64,000 nucleotides of DNA from Verrucomicrobiota bacterium (GTDB lineage Bacteria; Verrucomicrobiota; Verrucomicrobiia; Verrucomicrobiales; V1-33): NCBI GenBank assembly GCA_003402705.1, contig QQNF01000004.1, positions 10,877-74,876 of the forward strand, read 5' to 3'. Positions 8,877-19,900 of the stretch are shown piece after piece. The notes below the pieces were generated by a model, which was not told the origin of the DNA, made no database searches, and saw only the letters and a program-made list of their open reading frames with translations. Each line of letters opens with the position of its first letter. Within the stretch, counting starts at the first letter, position 1. The position numbers and the translations under genes are program-made.

Positions 8877-11219
8877 TTACTTGGCAGCGAAGCGCTTCTC
8901 GATCGCGCTGAGGCGGGCCTCCAATTCGGCATTCTTGGCCTTCAGTTCGTTGATCTCCTCATCCTTCTGCCGCGTGATCTCCTGGGTCGCGGGGAAGTCG
9001 ATCAGCAGATCAGACCCGCGCTTCGATTGGAGTGCCGCTTTTCCGTCACCAGTTTTCGCCTTCGGGGTGGCTGACTGCCGGGCTTGCGCCGCGAACTTGC
9101 TTTCCAAATCTGCCACCTTCTTCTGGAGCTGGTCCACCTTGGCGCTTTCGCTTTTTAGTTTACTGTCGAGTTCTTGAATCGCTCCGATTCCGGTGGTGAA
9201 GAGTCGGTCATAATCAACACTGAGGAAGTCGTCCACGCGCCGCCCGTAAACAAAGGCCTTCGTGACCGCCTTCTCGGAAGCCACCACGAAGACCGTCGGC
9301 GACAAAACCTCGAGCACCTTGGTTTCCATCATCGTCTCATCGACATAGACCCTCACCCAGTCACCTGCCGCCAGTGCGTGCGGCTTGGCAACCGTCACGC
9401 TAAGGCGTTTTTTCTCAGCATTGTAGAGGTTCTTCACCGCGCGCTGGTAGACATCCGGGAGGAAATTTCGTGAGGTGCTGACCGCTTCCGGGATGACTTT
9501 GCCGACTTCCTGGGCGATGAAGCCTTTACGCACCGCAGTGCCAGCGTGTGCGCTGTCCTTGAGGCGGTAGTCGGTCACTTGCAACCTGTTGATCAGGTCC
9601 AAGTCGCCGCGGGTGGATGATCTGGCGACGATATCCTTGATGCGGTGATCTGACGTGGCCACAAAAGCACTTCCGGCAACTGCACCTTCGGCATAGATGG
9701 TCAAGGGCCAGGTACTATTACCACCATTATATGCTCCATTGGCGGTATATGAATCCGGGTTCCCATTTTGCGGACCACTGCTACTATTGGAGGAACTAGC
9801 GGTCGTATTAGGATTCCAATTCCAGCTACTGGATCCGGCTACGTGCAGCGGGCTCCCCGGGTTAATCGTGCCAATTCCGAGATAACCATTCGAGGCGATG
9901 CGCATTCTTTCATAGCCTGTTTGCCGGAAGATTATCGGCTCATTCGCATCGTCGTAAGTCTCGATGTGGAGGGCGCCATTGTTGTCATCTCCGATGCCGT
10001 AAATCCTCCAAGCATCGTTAGCTGCCATGGTTCCTCCGACCCCACTATCGTCGCCATTTCCGGTGGTAGTGGTGAACCACAGCCCGCCATCCTGGATCGA
10101 TAACTTCCGGGTGGGATTGCTGGTACCGATACCAATATTTCCATCACCAGTAATTCTCATCCGCTCGGCTCCATTGGTGCGGAACTGGACCACCCCATCT
10201 GCGGTGGAATACATCCCGCCGCCTCCGTTGAAAGTATAACCGGGTGCGATCACGTTGCTGCTGGCGTTCAGACCGCCTGCGATATCCAGCTTGTAGGCTG
10301 GACTGCTGGTGCCGATGCCTACATTGCCGTTGCCCTTGATGCGCATGGTTTCGTTGAACGAAGTCGACCTGCCGTAGCCGAAGGCGATGTCGGACCCGGC
10401 AACGTCCGAATGGATCTGCAGGAGACCGGGTTGGATACCGAAGCCGTAGTGGCTACCCAAGTTTGCATAGAGCGAGATCTTGTCGCCCAAAGATGAGGCG
10501 AAATTCAGCGGAAACCCGGGATTCGCCTCGCCGATGCCGACATTGCCGCTGCCGCGATAGACGCTGGAGCCCACGGGAGACCACAAGCCGATGCTGTTGA
10601 AATCAAGCTTCCCGGCGGTGATGGTGTTGTCCGCGATGTCGTTGGCGACGATGCTCGAGTCCGCAATCCGGTTGCTGTCCACGGCACCGGAGGCGATCTT
10701 GGAGTTGGTGACTTGGCCATCTCCCATCATCGCGGTGCTCACGGCTCCGGCAGCCACGTTCTCAGCCACCTTGGCCCGCAGGGCGAAGGCTCCACTGACC
10801 ATCTGCTGGCGGGGGGAAATCTCCAGATCGGCAGCGGCGGTGCCGTCATCCACAGTCACGCCGAGATAGAGGGTCTCGTAGCTGCCGGAGTTGATGATGT
10901 CGCTTAGGGTTTTAAACGGAGTATTGGCCGGAGCGCTCGGGCCGGGCCTGTTGGAGACACCGGTGCCGTTCCCGATCAGCACGCTGAATTCGCCGCCGGA
11001 AATAGTCACCGTCTGCTTTTCCGCATAGAGGGCGGAGCCGTCGCTGGGGACCTTGTAGAGCTGGAAGATAACCGTGCGGTTCACCGGGCTGGTATTGCCG
11101 ATCAGGACTCCGGCGGCATCGGTCACGCGGCCCTGGTAGCTCATCAGGGTGGGCGTGGATTGGGCATGGAGCAGTGGAGCGGCGAGCAGGAGGAAGAGAC
11201 AGCCGAGATTCAGTTTCAT
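8877..11219 (-). CDS. Cassette gene C2: secreted tail-fibre-domain protein with C-terminal S74-type intramolecular chaperone domain (780 aa)
   Basis: Signal peptide MKLNLGCLFLLLAAPLLHA|QS. N-terminal YQGRVTDAAG...PVNRTVIFQLY...GEFSVLIGNG module shared with C1. Repeated N(V/I)GIGT..P..KL motifs. ATSDHRIKDIV...GFIAQEV...DYDRLFTTGIGAIQEL, then a heptad-like helix to the C-terminus. Confidence 0.85.
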   Translation of the reverse strand: MKLNLGCLFLLLAAPLLHAQSTPTLMSYQGRVTDAAGVLIGNTSPVNRTVIFQLYKVPSDGSALYAEKQTVTISGGEFSVLIGNGTGVSNRPGPSAPANTPFKTLSDIINSGSYETLYLGVTVDDGTAAADLEISPRQQMVSGAFALRAKVAENVAAGAVSTAMMGDGQVTNSKIASGAVDSNRIADSSIVANDIADNTITAGKLDFNSIGLWSPVGSSVYRGSGNVGIGEANPGFPLNFASSLGDKISLYANLGSHYGFGIQPGLLQIHSDVAGSDIAFGYGRSTSFNETMRIKGNGNVGIGTSSPAYKLDIAGGLNASSNVIAPGYTFNGGGGMYSTADGVVQFRTNGAERMRITGDGNIGIGTSNPTRKLSIQDGGLWFTTTTGNGDDSGVGGTMAANDAWRIYGIGDDNNGALHIETYDDANEPIIFRQTGYERMRIASNGYLGIGTINPGSPLHVAGSSSWNWNPNTTASSSNSSSGPQNGNPDSYTANGAYNGGNSTWPLTIYAEGAVAGSAFVATSDHRIKDIVARSSTRGDLDLINRLQVTDYRLKDSAHAGTAVRKGFIAQEVGKVIPEAVSTSRNFLPDVYQRAVKNLYNAEKKRLSVTVAKPHALAAGDWVRVYVDETMMETKVLEVLSPTVFVVASEKAVTKAFVYGRRVDDFLSVDYDRLFTTGIGAIQELDSKLKSESAKVDQLQKKVADLESKFAAQARQSATPKAKTGDGKAALQSKRGSDLLIDFPATQEITRQKDEEINELKAKNAELEARLSAIEKRFAAK
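8880..9653 (-). other. Peptidase-S74-like intramolecular chaperone / auto-cleavage domain of C2
   Basis: S-D-x-R-x-K signature (SDHRIK; Ser codon at 9651-9653 minus). Downstream GFIAQEV and AIQEL motifs plus a terminal coiled-coil-like helix, as in endosialidase/tail-spike chaperone domains (family recalled from memory, not searched). Carries a ~80-aa insert (NFLPDVYQ...VYGRRVDDF). Confidence 0.65.
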
Positions 11220-11268
11220 GGATTCTGGGAGCGGGCGTTTGTTTTTTGAAATTAGAGGAAAGGGCGGA

Positions 11269-12951
11269 TCAGGGATTGGGAACTGTCAGATCGATGGCGG
11301 CGATCTCCGAGACGCGTTGCATGCGGAAGGTCCCACCCACCTTCAGGGCCCGCTTGTGCAGGCCGGAGATGGATTCAAGATAGGTTCCCCCGAACACGGT
11401 GGACCCCCACCCGGCCACGTATTTGCCGTCCGGCGGGGTGGATGTGAAGGTGAACACGCATTTGCGGTTGATGGTGAAACTTTCCTTCCCGTCGGCCAGT
11501 GCCCGACCTTTGGCGTCGAGGTTGTCGTGATCCGGGTGGTAGGTGTGGACAAAGGGATTGGTCGGATCGTTGAAGGGGATCCGTATGGTCCATGAAAGGG
11601 TGGAGCCGGTGGCAATGGAGCCGCTGCCGGTGATGGAGTTGATGGACGTCGGCATTTGGCAGGCGAAGTAGCGGACCGGTTTCAGGTCCGATGCCGAGAA
11701 TCCGAGGACGCGGGACTCGCTGATGCAGATCCCCAGCGGGTTCCCGGGGGTTGACAGCTTCCCGACAAACGCCTGGGACAGCAGCCGGGCTGTTCCGCCG
11801 GAATCCACATGAGCCAGGAAGAGCAGTGGAAACGCCTGGCTCGTGGAGGAGCCGCCGCCGGGCACGGTGCTGTTCACCCTGCTCACTTTGGTGTCCAACA
11901 GCCACAGGCCGGCTGGCGAGCCGGTCTGGCCACTGACCGGCAGGCTGACATCAGACAGTCCCGCGGAATCGGTGACGCGCAGGATGGAGGCGTAGAAGGC
12001 ATCCGCAGCCCCGGTCATCTGGCTGCGGTCGATACCGAAGTCGAGCGTTGTGCGCCCCGAGGCGGCAATGGTGACGGTGAAACTGCCACCCATGGGCGTT
12101 TCGGTGTAGGAATTCGCAGCGGGATCGAAGATCCGCCGGGTCAGCGCCACGCCTCCGGACACCGGTGGCTGGCTCCCGGGCGCGGACTCGGATGCGCCTA
12201 ACGCCACCGTAAGTGTCAGGCTGCTGGTCGAGCGGTTGGTGATGCCGACGCTCATCGCCGTCTGCGTCCGCCCGAAAGCAAGTCCCGCGGAGCTGGCGAC
12301 CTCGTATTCCACCGGAGCGGTGAAGTTGCTGATGGTGGCGACGTTGAACCAGTAGGCCTTGTTCGGGTCCATGGACTCGGAGCCCGGGGCCACGAGCATC
12401 GGATTGCCGGCACCAAGCTCGCCGCCGATGTATTTGTAGATCCGGGACGGCGTGGAAAGCACCGTGGTGCTGGCGGAGGGATAGGAAGCGAAATACCTGC
12501 TCATCTTCGGCGCGCTCGTCGCAGCGGATGGAAAGCCGAGGAAATTCCCCCCGGAAATCAGCCAGGTCGCCAAAGGCGGCTGTACTAACTGCTTGATCGG
12601 CACCGTGACCGCACCGGAGCATCGGATCAGATAGGCGGAATTTCCCACCATCCGAGAGAGCCCCGTCTCGGTGCCATCACGCTTCCAGATCGTCCACTCT
12701 TCGCTGTTGGCCGTGGGGGCGGAGGGAGTCTGGGTGAAGGCGGTCCGGTCAGGATTCGGGTTCCATCGCCACACTTCGGTGACGTCGGTGCTGCCGGAGA
12801 ACAAGCTGGAAACCGTCGTGTAGGACGCATCGCCAGACAGCCAGACGCCATTCCAACCGGCGGCTAGGGAATAGTTTTTGGTGACCCATTGGGCGTGGGC
12901 TCCGCCTGCGAGGAACAGTAAGGCGAGCAGAATCCTGGTCAGGTGTTTCAT
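11269..12951 (-). CDS. Cassette gene B2: secreted protein (560 aa), family unknown
   Basis: Signal peptide MKHLTRILLALLFLAGGAHA|QW. Collinear with B1 (24770..26422). Shared FNDPTNPFVH(T/Q)YHPDHDN block. Start overlaps the A2 stop by ATGA (12948-12951). Confidence 0.9.
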   Translation of the reverse strand: MKHLTRILLALLFLAGGAHAQWVTKNYSLAAGWNGVWLSGDASYTTVSSLFSGSTDVTEVWRWNPNPDRTAFTQTPSAPTANSEEWTIWKRDGTETGLSRMVGNSAYLIRCSGAVTVPIKQLVQPPLATWLISGGNFLGFPSAATSAPKMSRYFASYPSASTTVLSTPSRIYKYIGGELGAGNPMLVAPGSESMDPNKAYWFNVATISNFTAPVEYEVASSAGLAFGRTQTAMSVGITNRSTSSLTLTVALGASESAPGSQPPVSGGVALTRRIFDPAANSYTETPMGGSFTVTIAASGRTTLDFGIDRSQMTGAADAFYASILRVTDSAGLSDVSLPVSGQTGSPAGLWLLDTKVSRVNSTVPGGGSSTSQAFPLLFLAHVDSGGTARLLSQAFVGKLSTPGNPLGICISESRVLGFSASDLKPVRYFACQMPTSINSITGSGSIATGSTLSWTIRIPFNDPTNPFVHTYHPDHDNLDAKGRALADGKESFTINRKCVFTFTSTPPDGKYVAGWGSTVFGGTYLESISGLHKRALKVGGTFRMQRVSEIAAIDLTVPNP

Positions 12952-13799
12952 CGGATTTTGAGGCGGTAGTAAGTGGTAGCGCCGACGCCCTTGGCGTAGA
13001 GGCTGGTGATGCCGGTGTTGGTGGCCACGAGCGAATCCTGAAATCCCGCCGGAGCCGCCCCGGCCGGATCAGCGGTGGAGAACGTGATCGGAGCCCATGT
13101 TTTGAGGTCCGTGGAGGACTCGATGGTGTAGGATTTCCCATAGAGCGCGAACATCTCCATGCGGACGTTTTCCCCGACCTTTTCCTTGATCGCGAGGTTG
13201 ATGGTGGATGTCGCATCCGCGGCGTAAGTCCCGGCGATGTATTCGGTGCCGTTGCTCAGGCCATCCTTGTCGAGATCGCCGTTACGATCCAGCAGCGAAA
13301 GATCCCAACCGTCCGGGCCGGGCAGATAACCGCCTTGATAGAGCTGCGACTCCTCCCATGCGTCGGGAAGACCGTCGCGGTCCGAATCCACTCCCAGCGT
13401 GAGGTCCAGGCGGGTGCGGGATGCGGCGGAGCCCACTGTCGGCGTGCGCGCGCTGATCTCGATCGGATAGTAGTCCGTGCCGCCGACGTTGATCCTCAGC
13501 GTAAAGGCGGAGGCGGTCGAGACGACCAGAGAGCTGTAGTTGTTCGTCAGGCTCCGGCCCATGTCGATCCGCATGCGGAGCTGGTAGTTGTAATCCGCGC
13601 CACTGCCGGTCGTCAGTGCCTCACGCATTTTTTCCACGCCCCCTTGATACATCACCACCGAGGAGCCCTCCGCAGGCAGAAGCACGCCATATTCATCGCG
13701 CACGTCGCCGTAAACCGTGTAGTAAGGTGCCGGTGGGAAGGCCTGCGACATTGAAGCGGCCAGCAACAGCAGAGGCAGGGGTTTTAGGATGGATTTCAT
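12948..13799 (-). CDS. Cassette gene A2: secreted protein (283 aa) with Ca-binding-type Asp repeats and a C-terminal beta-sandwich
   Basis: Track ORF 12948..13868 trimmed to ATG 13797-13799, giving MKSILKPLPLLLLAASMSQA|FPPAPYYTVYGDVRDEYG. DSDRDGLPDAWE and DLDKDGLSNGTEY resemble thrombospondin-type-3 D-x-D-x-D-G repeats. C-terminal YTIESSTDLKTW...YYRLKIR. Confidence 0.85.
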   Translation of the reverse strand: MKSILKPLPLLLLAASMSQAFPPAPYYTVYGDVRDEYGVLLPAEGSSVVMYQGGVEKMREALTTGSGADYNYQLRMRIDMGRSLTNNYSSLVVSTASAFTLRINVGGTDYYPIEISARTPTVGSAASRTRLDLTLGVDSDRDGLPDAWEESQLYQGGYLPGPDGWDLSLLDRNGDLDKDGLSNGTEYIAGTYAADATSTINLAIKEKVGENVRMEMFALYGKSYTIESSTDLKTWAPITFSTADPAGAAPAGFQDSLVATNTGITSLYAKGVGATTYYRLKIR

Positions 13800-13968
13800 T
13801 GCGCCTGGTGGTGAAGTGAAGTGCCGAAGCGAGACGTGTTGTAGGAATAATGTCATACTTCGGTGCATCCTGCATCTGGGTTTTGCCCTGAATATGACCA
13901 GGGGTCACCCCTATGGCGGCGCGGAGCGCGCGCATCCGGTTTGCGGGCAGTAGAATCCTCCGTCTTCA

Positions 13969-16900
13969 TCAGTTCCCTGAGTTCGAATAGGTGCGGAGGA
14001 AGAGTTGGATGTCATTCACGCTCTTGGCGAAGTTGTCCATGCCCAGCTGCTCGTCCTTGAGCAGCGTGATGGCAGGAATAACAATCTTCCACTGGCTGTT
14101 CCAGACGCTGCGGCCGATCAGGCGGGCGTTGGTGAAGGCGATCGGCAGCTCGCCCTCCAGATAGGGGTCGGGAGCATTCGCCACCATCCGGAAGGCCTGG
14201 TGCTTGCGGATCACCCACGGCCGTTCCGCGAAGGTGTCATTCGGGCCGAAGAACTGCGTGGTGTTGAAATCACTGGCTCCCAGGTTGTAGGGCAGCGGCA
14301 GGGCCTGATCGACCACCTGCCAGCTGCGGATCTCCCCGGTGTCGCCCAGCGGCGTGCGCATGAAATCATTGCCGCAGGGAATCAGATAGGCATACGGCGT
14401 CGCACTGAGGGCTCCGTCCGCGGTGGATTCGCCATCGACCATTCCGATATAGCCGGGCAGGGCCAGTCCGACGGCAGCAATCTTGGTGGCGAAGTTGCTC
14501 TGGCTGTAGGCATGGTCTCCGGCGGCGAGATCAAGGCCGAAGAAATTCTTGCCGTCCTCCACGGTGGTGCTGAAGGGAATGATGAAGCCAGGAATCGCGC
14601 TGCCATCGGCTTTCTTCAGTCCCCGGCAATAGGCGGCCACCTGCGGGTCGGACAGGACGTTAGGCACGATGTGCTGCTCCAGCGTCTGCTGCCAGTCCTT
14701 GTCCTCAGCGTCCGTCTCGCCTTCAACATGGGGCAGGATACGGAACAATTCCTGACGCAGCGAGAACAGCGTATTGTAGTGATCCGGATTGTTGATCCCG
14801 AGACGCCCTTCGGCGACCGCAAAGTCCGCGTTGAGCTGGGCCATGGTTCCGGCCAGCCCGGCATCGCCGAGGGTGCTGGTGGTGGCCCGCGGCACGCCGC
14901 CAGTGAGATCCCCGAGCGAGCGGGAGGCGACGAGGCGGTTGATCACCGCTTGTCCCTGCGGGGTGCCGAGCAGCCCGGTTTCATAGTCGTAGCTCTTGGC
15001 CGCCAGGTAGCTGTAGCGCCCCGCGACGTCGAACAAGGTGCGGTATTCCACTAACGCCTCGTTGCGGAAGGTGCGGAAGGTCAGGTCCTTGGTGCGATAG
15101 CCATTGATCACCGCGGCGGCGCGCCGACGCATGGACTCCCGCCGCAGCCGGATCGTCTCCCCGGCCACCCGCAGGTTCTGGATTTTTTGCGTGGCGGTAG
15201 CGTAGGCTGTGGCCAGCTCGGTGAAGCGGGTATGCATCCCGATCAACTCGCGGTAGGTCTGCTCGAACTCATACGCAGCCTGCAGTTCGTCCTGGGTGAA
15301 GCCGAGGCTCATCAGGGTGTTTTCCTTGATGAGTTCCAAGCCTCCGCCCAAAGTCACTTGGAGCAGGCGTGCGGAAGTGTTCGCAGACAATGCGGCACCC
15401 AGCAAAGTTGCTTTGCCGGCTCCCGCCGCGATACGAATCCCGCCCCGGCCAACGGAGGTCACGTCGTTGGCCAAACCAACCGATCTGGGTAGCAATTCCG
15501 CAGCGTCATCGCCAATATTAGAGGTGATGTCCGCAGCCACTGCGGCAGCCTCGCCTAAAGATTCCAGAACCGCCACAGCTGTATTATTTACCACGAGAGC
15601 GGTTCCAATGACCGCCGTCGTCGTTTGCTGGCCTACATGCATAGTGACCAAGCCCTCGAACACCTCCTCTTCCCGATCGAACCGCGCCTTCAAGTTGTCC
15701 AAGTCGTCTTTCGCCGCCAGCAGGGCGAGTTGGGCGAGTTGTGCTTCAACCAGGGCGTCCTGCAGGGCACCGGTGTAGGGCCGCTTGCCTAGCGCGGTGT
15801 CCTTGCCGACCACATCGGCAAACTGCGCCCACTGGTTCGGCGTCACCTGGAAGGTTCTTGTCACGGTATCAAGGATTCCGTCACCGTTCTTATCTCCCCC
15901 TTCATAACTCGTGAAGATGTCGTCAATGGCCCCGCCCGTAAACGTCTGATACTGCACCGCTTGGCGGTAGGTCACGGTGACCGGTTTGGCGGTGTCGATC
16001 CAGTTGAGCGGGCGGTCGATGATGTACCAGCGGTCAAAGTCCGGATCCGCATAACCCTGCGGATAAATTTTCCCTGGCCCGATATCACCGGCGTAGGGGC
16101 TGCCGAAGATGTCCAGAAGCTCCTGCTTATAGGCGGATTCCTCACTCCGAATGGCGCTCTGCTCGTCGCTGACCTGATTCTCCTGGTTCCGCAGCAGACG
16201 GGTCATGGTGGCGGCCTGGTTGAACGAGCCGGCGGCATTGTTCAGCGCTTGCAAGGCCCGCACCGAGACCTGCTCGTAGTGGCTCTTGCCGACCACCGTC
16301 GGATCCGCCAGTTCCTGGCCGAGCGAGTTGTTCCAATACGGGTCGAGGTCGAAGGCGATCGCCCCCGGGGCGAGGCCCAGCGGATTGAGGCGGTCATTGG
16401 CGGAGTCCATGGTCGTCTGGTAGCTGAGCGCCAGGGTGGGCAGCTCGTTGAGTTCCGGCACCGTGGTGCGGTCCACAATCTGCACGCCGCTGTGATTGGG
16501 ATTGTTATCCACATCCGGCAGCATCGCATTGCCAGCGATCCAGTGGAAAAAGGCACCCTGGGTCGAGCGGCTGGCGGTTTCATCGAGGCCCTGATGACGC
16601 ACCACCGTGGTGCGGGAATTGACCTTGCCATCGCGGAACTGCGACCAACCGGCATTCGGATCGTCCTTGTAGTTCTGGCGATGGACCAGACTGAGCACCT
16701 GCTGGGCGGTGCGGCCGACGTTGGCGGCGGCAGCGGCGAATTTCCGCTCATCCTTGTAGTCCACCGACACCGGCACGCCGAGCACCGTCACCGTCTCCGC
16801 GCTGGGAGTCCAGGTGAAATAGGGGTGGGTGAGCAGCTTGTAGTAACCCTTGAGCGCGGTTAGGTAGTGGCCGTAGGCATCGCCATGGCCTTGCGGGAAC

Positions 16901-19900
16901 ATCCGGTAGGCATCGGCGGCGTCCACGATGCCATTGGCAGTGCTCGAGCCGGACTTTTCAGTGATGTTGTAGTTCACGGCGTAGAGCGCCTCCCCGCTGT
17001 TGATGCCGCGGGTGTAGTTCCACCACAGGCGATTGTAAGCGGGGGCCCCCGCCGTGCCCTGGGCATTGAAGTCGTCCCGGCCGCGCAGCAGGGCGAGTTC
17101 CTCATCGAGCGAGTTGGCCACCTGGCCCTCGAAGGCGAAGCGGCTGGTGTTGACCTCGGTCACGCTGTCCTTGTCGTCGACAGAGATCGTTGGATTGGCA
17201 GCATCCGCGTAGGCCTCGTTGCCGAGAATGGTGTAAAGGTCGTTGAGATACCCGGCGGCGAGGATCAGCGCGTTGTTGGTACTCGCGGTGCCGATGCCGG
17301 AGTTGATCGTGAAGCCCTTGCCTCGGTTGAGCACGGTCTCGTAAATCTCGATCAGCCCGGCGTCGTTGATGTTCTCCATGTTGAGGGCAATGTCGCCCTC
17401 CCAGCGGGTGCCGGCCTGGGTCAGCATCGAGACATCCGTGTTGATTGAGTTGCTGTAGAGGTCCGTCATCCGCTGGTTGAACGGCGTGATCTTGGCAAGC
17501 ACGCGCTTGATCCAGCCTTCAACGGGGGACGAGCGAGTCCAGTTCGACCACGCCCCTGCGGGCGTGGTGCCCTGGGCCTTGAGCCGATAGCTCACGGTGA
17601 AATTGACATCTCCCATCAGCACCGCGGGATTGCTGATGACCGCGCTCGGGTCCGCCCCCACCAGGATCGAACCGCCGAGGCTGTAGACCTCAGGATTACC
17701 GGGGGGTTTGGGATCAATCCAGTCGGAGATCGGGGTGCTGTTGTCCAGCGGCAGAATCGGTGCCTGGCCGCTGCTGTCATTGAAGCCATAGCGGTAGCGG
17801 AACTCGAAGTTCTCCGGCTGGCCACCGTAGTCACCGCTGTGGCGCACAGTGACCTTTTCATCGAGCGGGTTGGACGAGAGCAGCACCTTGAGGTCGCCAG
17901 GGTAAAGGTCAGGCACCACCTTGATGATCTGCATTTGCACCGGATCGCCCGGATCCGTGAAGGCCTTGCCGTTGCCGAACACCAGCGTCACATAACCGGT
18001 GCCGGAACCGGTGGAACTCAGCGCATACCCAGCCACCGCCGTGTCCGGATCGGTGATGTCGGAGCGCCCCTTCACCGGGATCGACTGATTCAGCGCGGCG
18101 GCCGCCACATAGGTTCCCGGCACCGTGGTGCTTTCACGGAAAGTCTCCAAGGTGGTGGCAAGCCCGGCGATGGCGGCAACCCAGGCACTCTTGTCGGTTG
18201 AGGCATTCGGGAGGAGTTTCTCGAGATCCTCCACATCCTGATTGCTGAGCTGGTTGAGATTGAAATAATCAAGGGTCGCTTTTTCCTCTACAAACTGGCC
18301 GATGAGCACCAGTTCTTTCTGGACGGCATCGTAGTAGAAGCGGTTCTGCAGGTTGGGCGGGAGGCCCTGGAAGTAGGTTTTGCCAGCGTAGTCGCTCGTC
18401 CGGATCCCCGGGGGCAGCTTGGGCATGGCCGACTTTTTCGCACGGATCGGATCGTGCAAGGCCACCGACGAGGCATTCAACTTCATCGCCATCGATTGCT
18501 GATAAACGATCTGGGCGCTGGTTTGGCCGAGCACTTGAGGCAGGCCATCCATCTGTTTGCCCAGGGTTTGCGCCATCTTCAGCTCCGGAACCACTGTTTG
18601 CTGCGCCACGGGCAGGGACGGATCATCCGGCCACTTGGGCTGATAGGTTAGGGTGACGGAAGAATTCCTGCCATCGAGGACGTCCGCGATGAAGGGCTGG
18701 ATGCTGCCCGCCGCGGGCTGCGCGTTCAGGGCAAAGAATGGAAAATCGAAGTCCGCCCGGTTAGTGTAATAAAACTTCATGCCGAAGGACACCGGTGCAT
18801 CGATTCTCACTTCTGGCGCGGCAGCGTAGCCACTGCCCCTGGTGGTGACCGTGATCGAAGTCACCCCAAAACCGTCGATGTTTCCAGTGGCCGTGGGTGC
18901 GGTGCCGGCGACCAACTCGGTGCCGCCAGAGAAAGTCAGGGTCGGTACCGTGGTGTATCCCGTGCCGTTGTTGGTCATCTGAATACCGGTGACGAAACCA
19001 CTGGTGAGCACCGCCGTGGCTGCGGCACCCGTGCCGCCGCCGCCGCTGATGGCGACAGTGGGTGCCACGGAATAAGTCTTCGTGCCGGAATTGATGGTAA
19101 AGCTGGCGGAGGTGAGTCCGCCAAGGACGGCGGTAGCCGTGGCACGCGTTCCGCCGACGGGCGCAGCCACGGTCACGACGGGCGGGGTCGTATAGCCACT
19201 GCCGTTGGCGGTGACCGCGATCGAAGTCACACAAAAATTGTTATTGTTGCCACTGGCGGTGGGTGCGGTGCCGGCGGCCAGTTGGGTACCGAGGGTGAAG
19301 GCAAGGGACGGTGTCGTGGTATAGCCCGTGCCGTTGTTGACCATCTGAATGCCGGTGACGAGACCGCCGCTGAGAACCGCCGTGGCGGTGGCACCCGTGC
19401 CGCCGCCACCGCTGATCGTGACGGTAGGAGCCACGGAATAAGTTCTGGTGCCAGAATTGATGGTAAAGCTGGCGGAGGTGAGTCCGTCCGCTGTGGCCGC
19501 TGCGGCGGCGCTGGTTTTGGCGTGGGCGCCGCGGAACAAATGATGCGTTCCCTTGCGATCCACGAAAGTGAATTTGTCATAGGCCGTGATGAATGCCGCG
19601 GGAGCTGCGTTGTTTGGGAGCAATGGCAAAGTATCCTTGGCGAGTGGCACTTCTTCATTGCGCACCGACTTGTTAACATCGTCCCGCTTTGGCAGCGGCA
19701 GAAGTGCCAGCGGCATGGGTGGGGTGATCGGCGTGCCGGCGATTTTATTGTAAACCAGCGGATAAGTCTCGGTCGCGCGGACCACCTTGGCCACGCGCAT
19801 CGCCGGACGCTTGTCCGCGGCATCGTTGTATTGCAGCAGGACGAAGGGCTCGGAACTAGTGGCGAGGTTCAGGTCATCGCGCAGAGCAAAGACATTGCCA

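Noticed and set aside
8877-11219. Prophage interpretation of the tail-fibre/S74 gene
   Set aside because: No capsid, portal, terminase, tape-measure, baseplate, lysis or integrase genes occur anywhere in the 29-kb locus. The gene is instead part of a repeated four-gene cassette of secreted proteins.
13800-13968. Terminator or promoter hairpins in the D1-A2 intercassette gap (ggggtcacccc, gcgcggagcgcgc), and agcacccctgtgct at ~436-449
   Set aside because: The stems are only 4-5 bp and lack convincing T-tracts. The evidence is insufficient to call terminators, and transcript mapping is needed.
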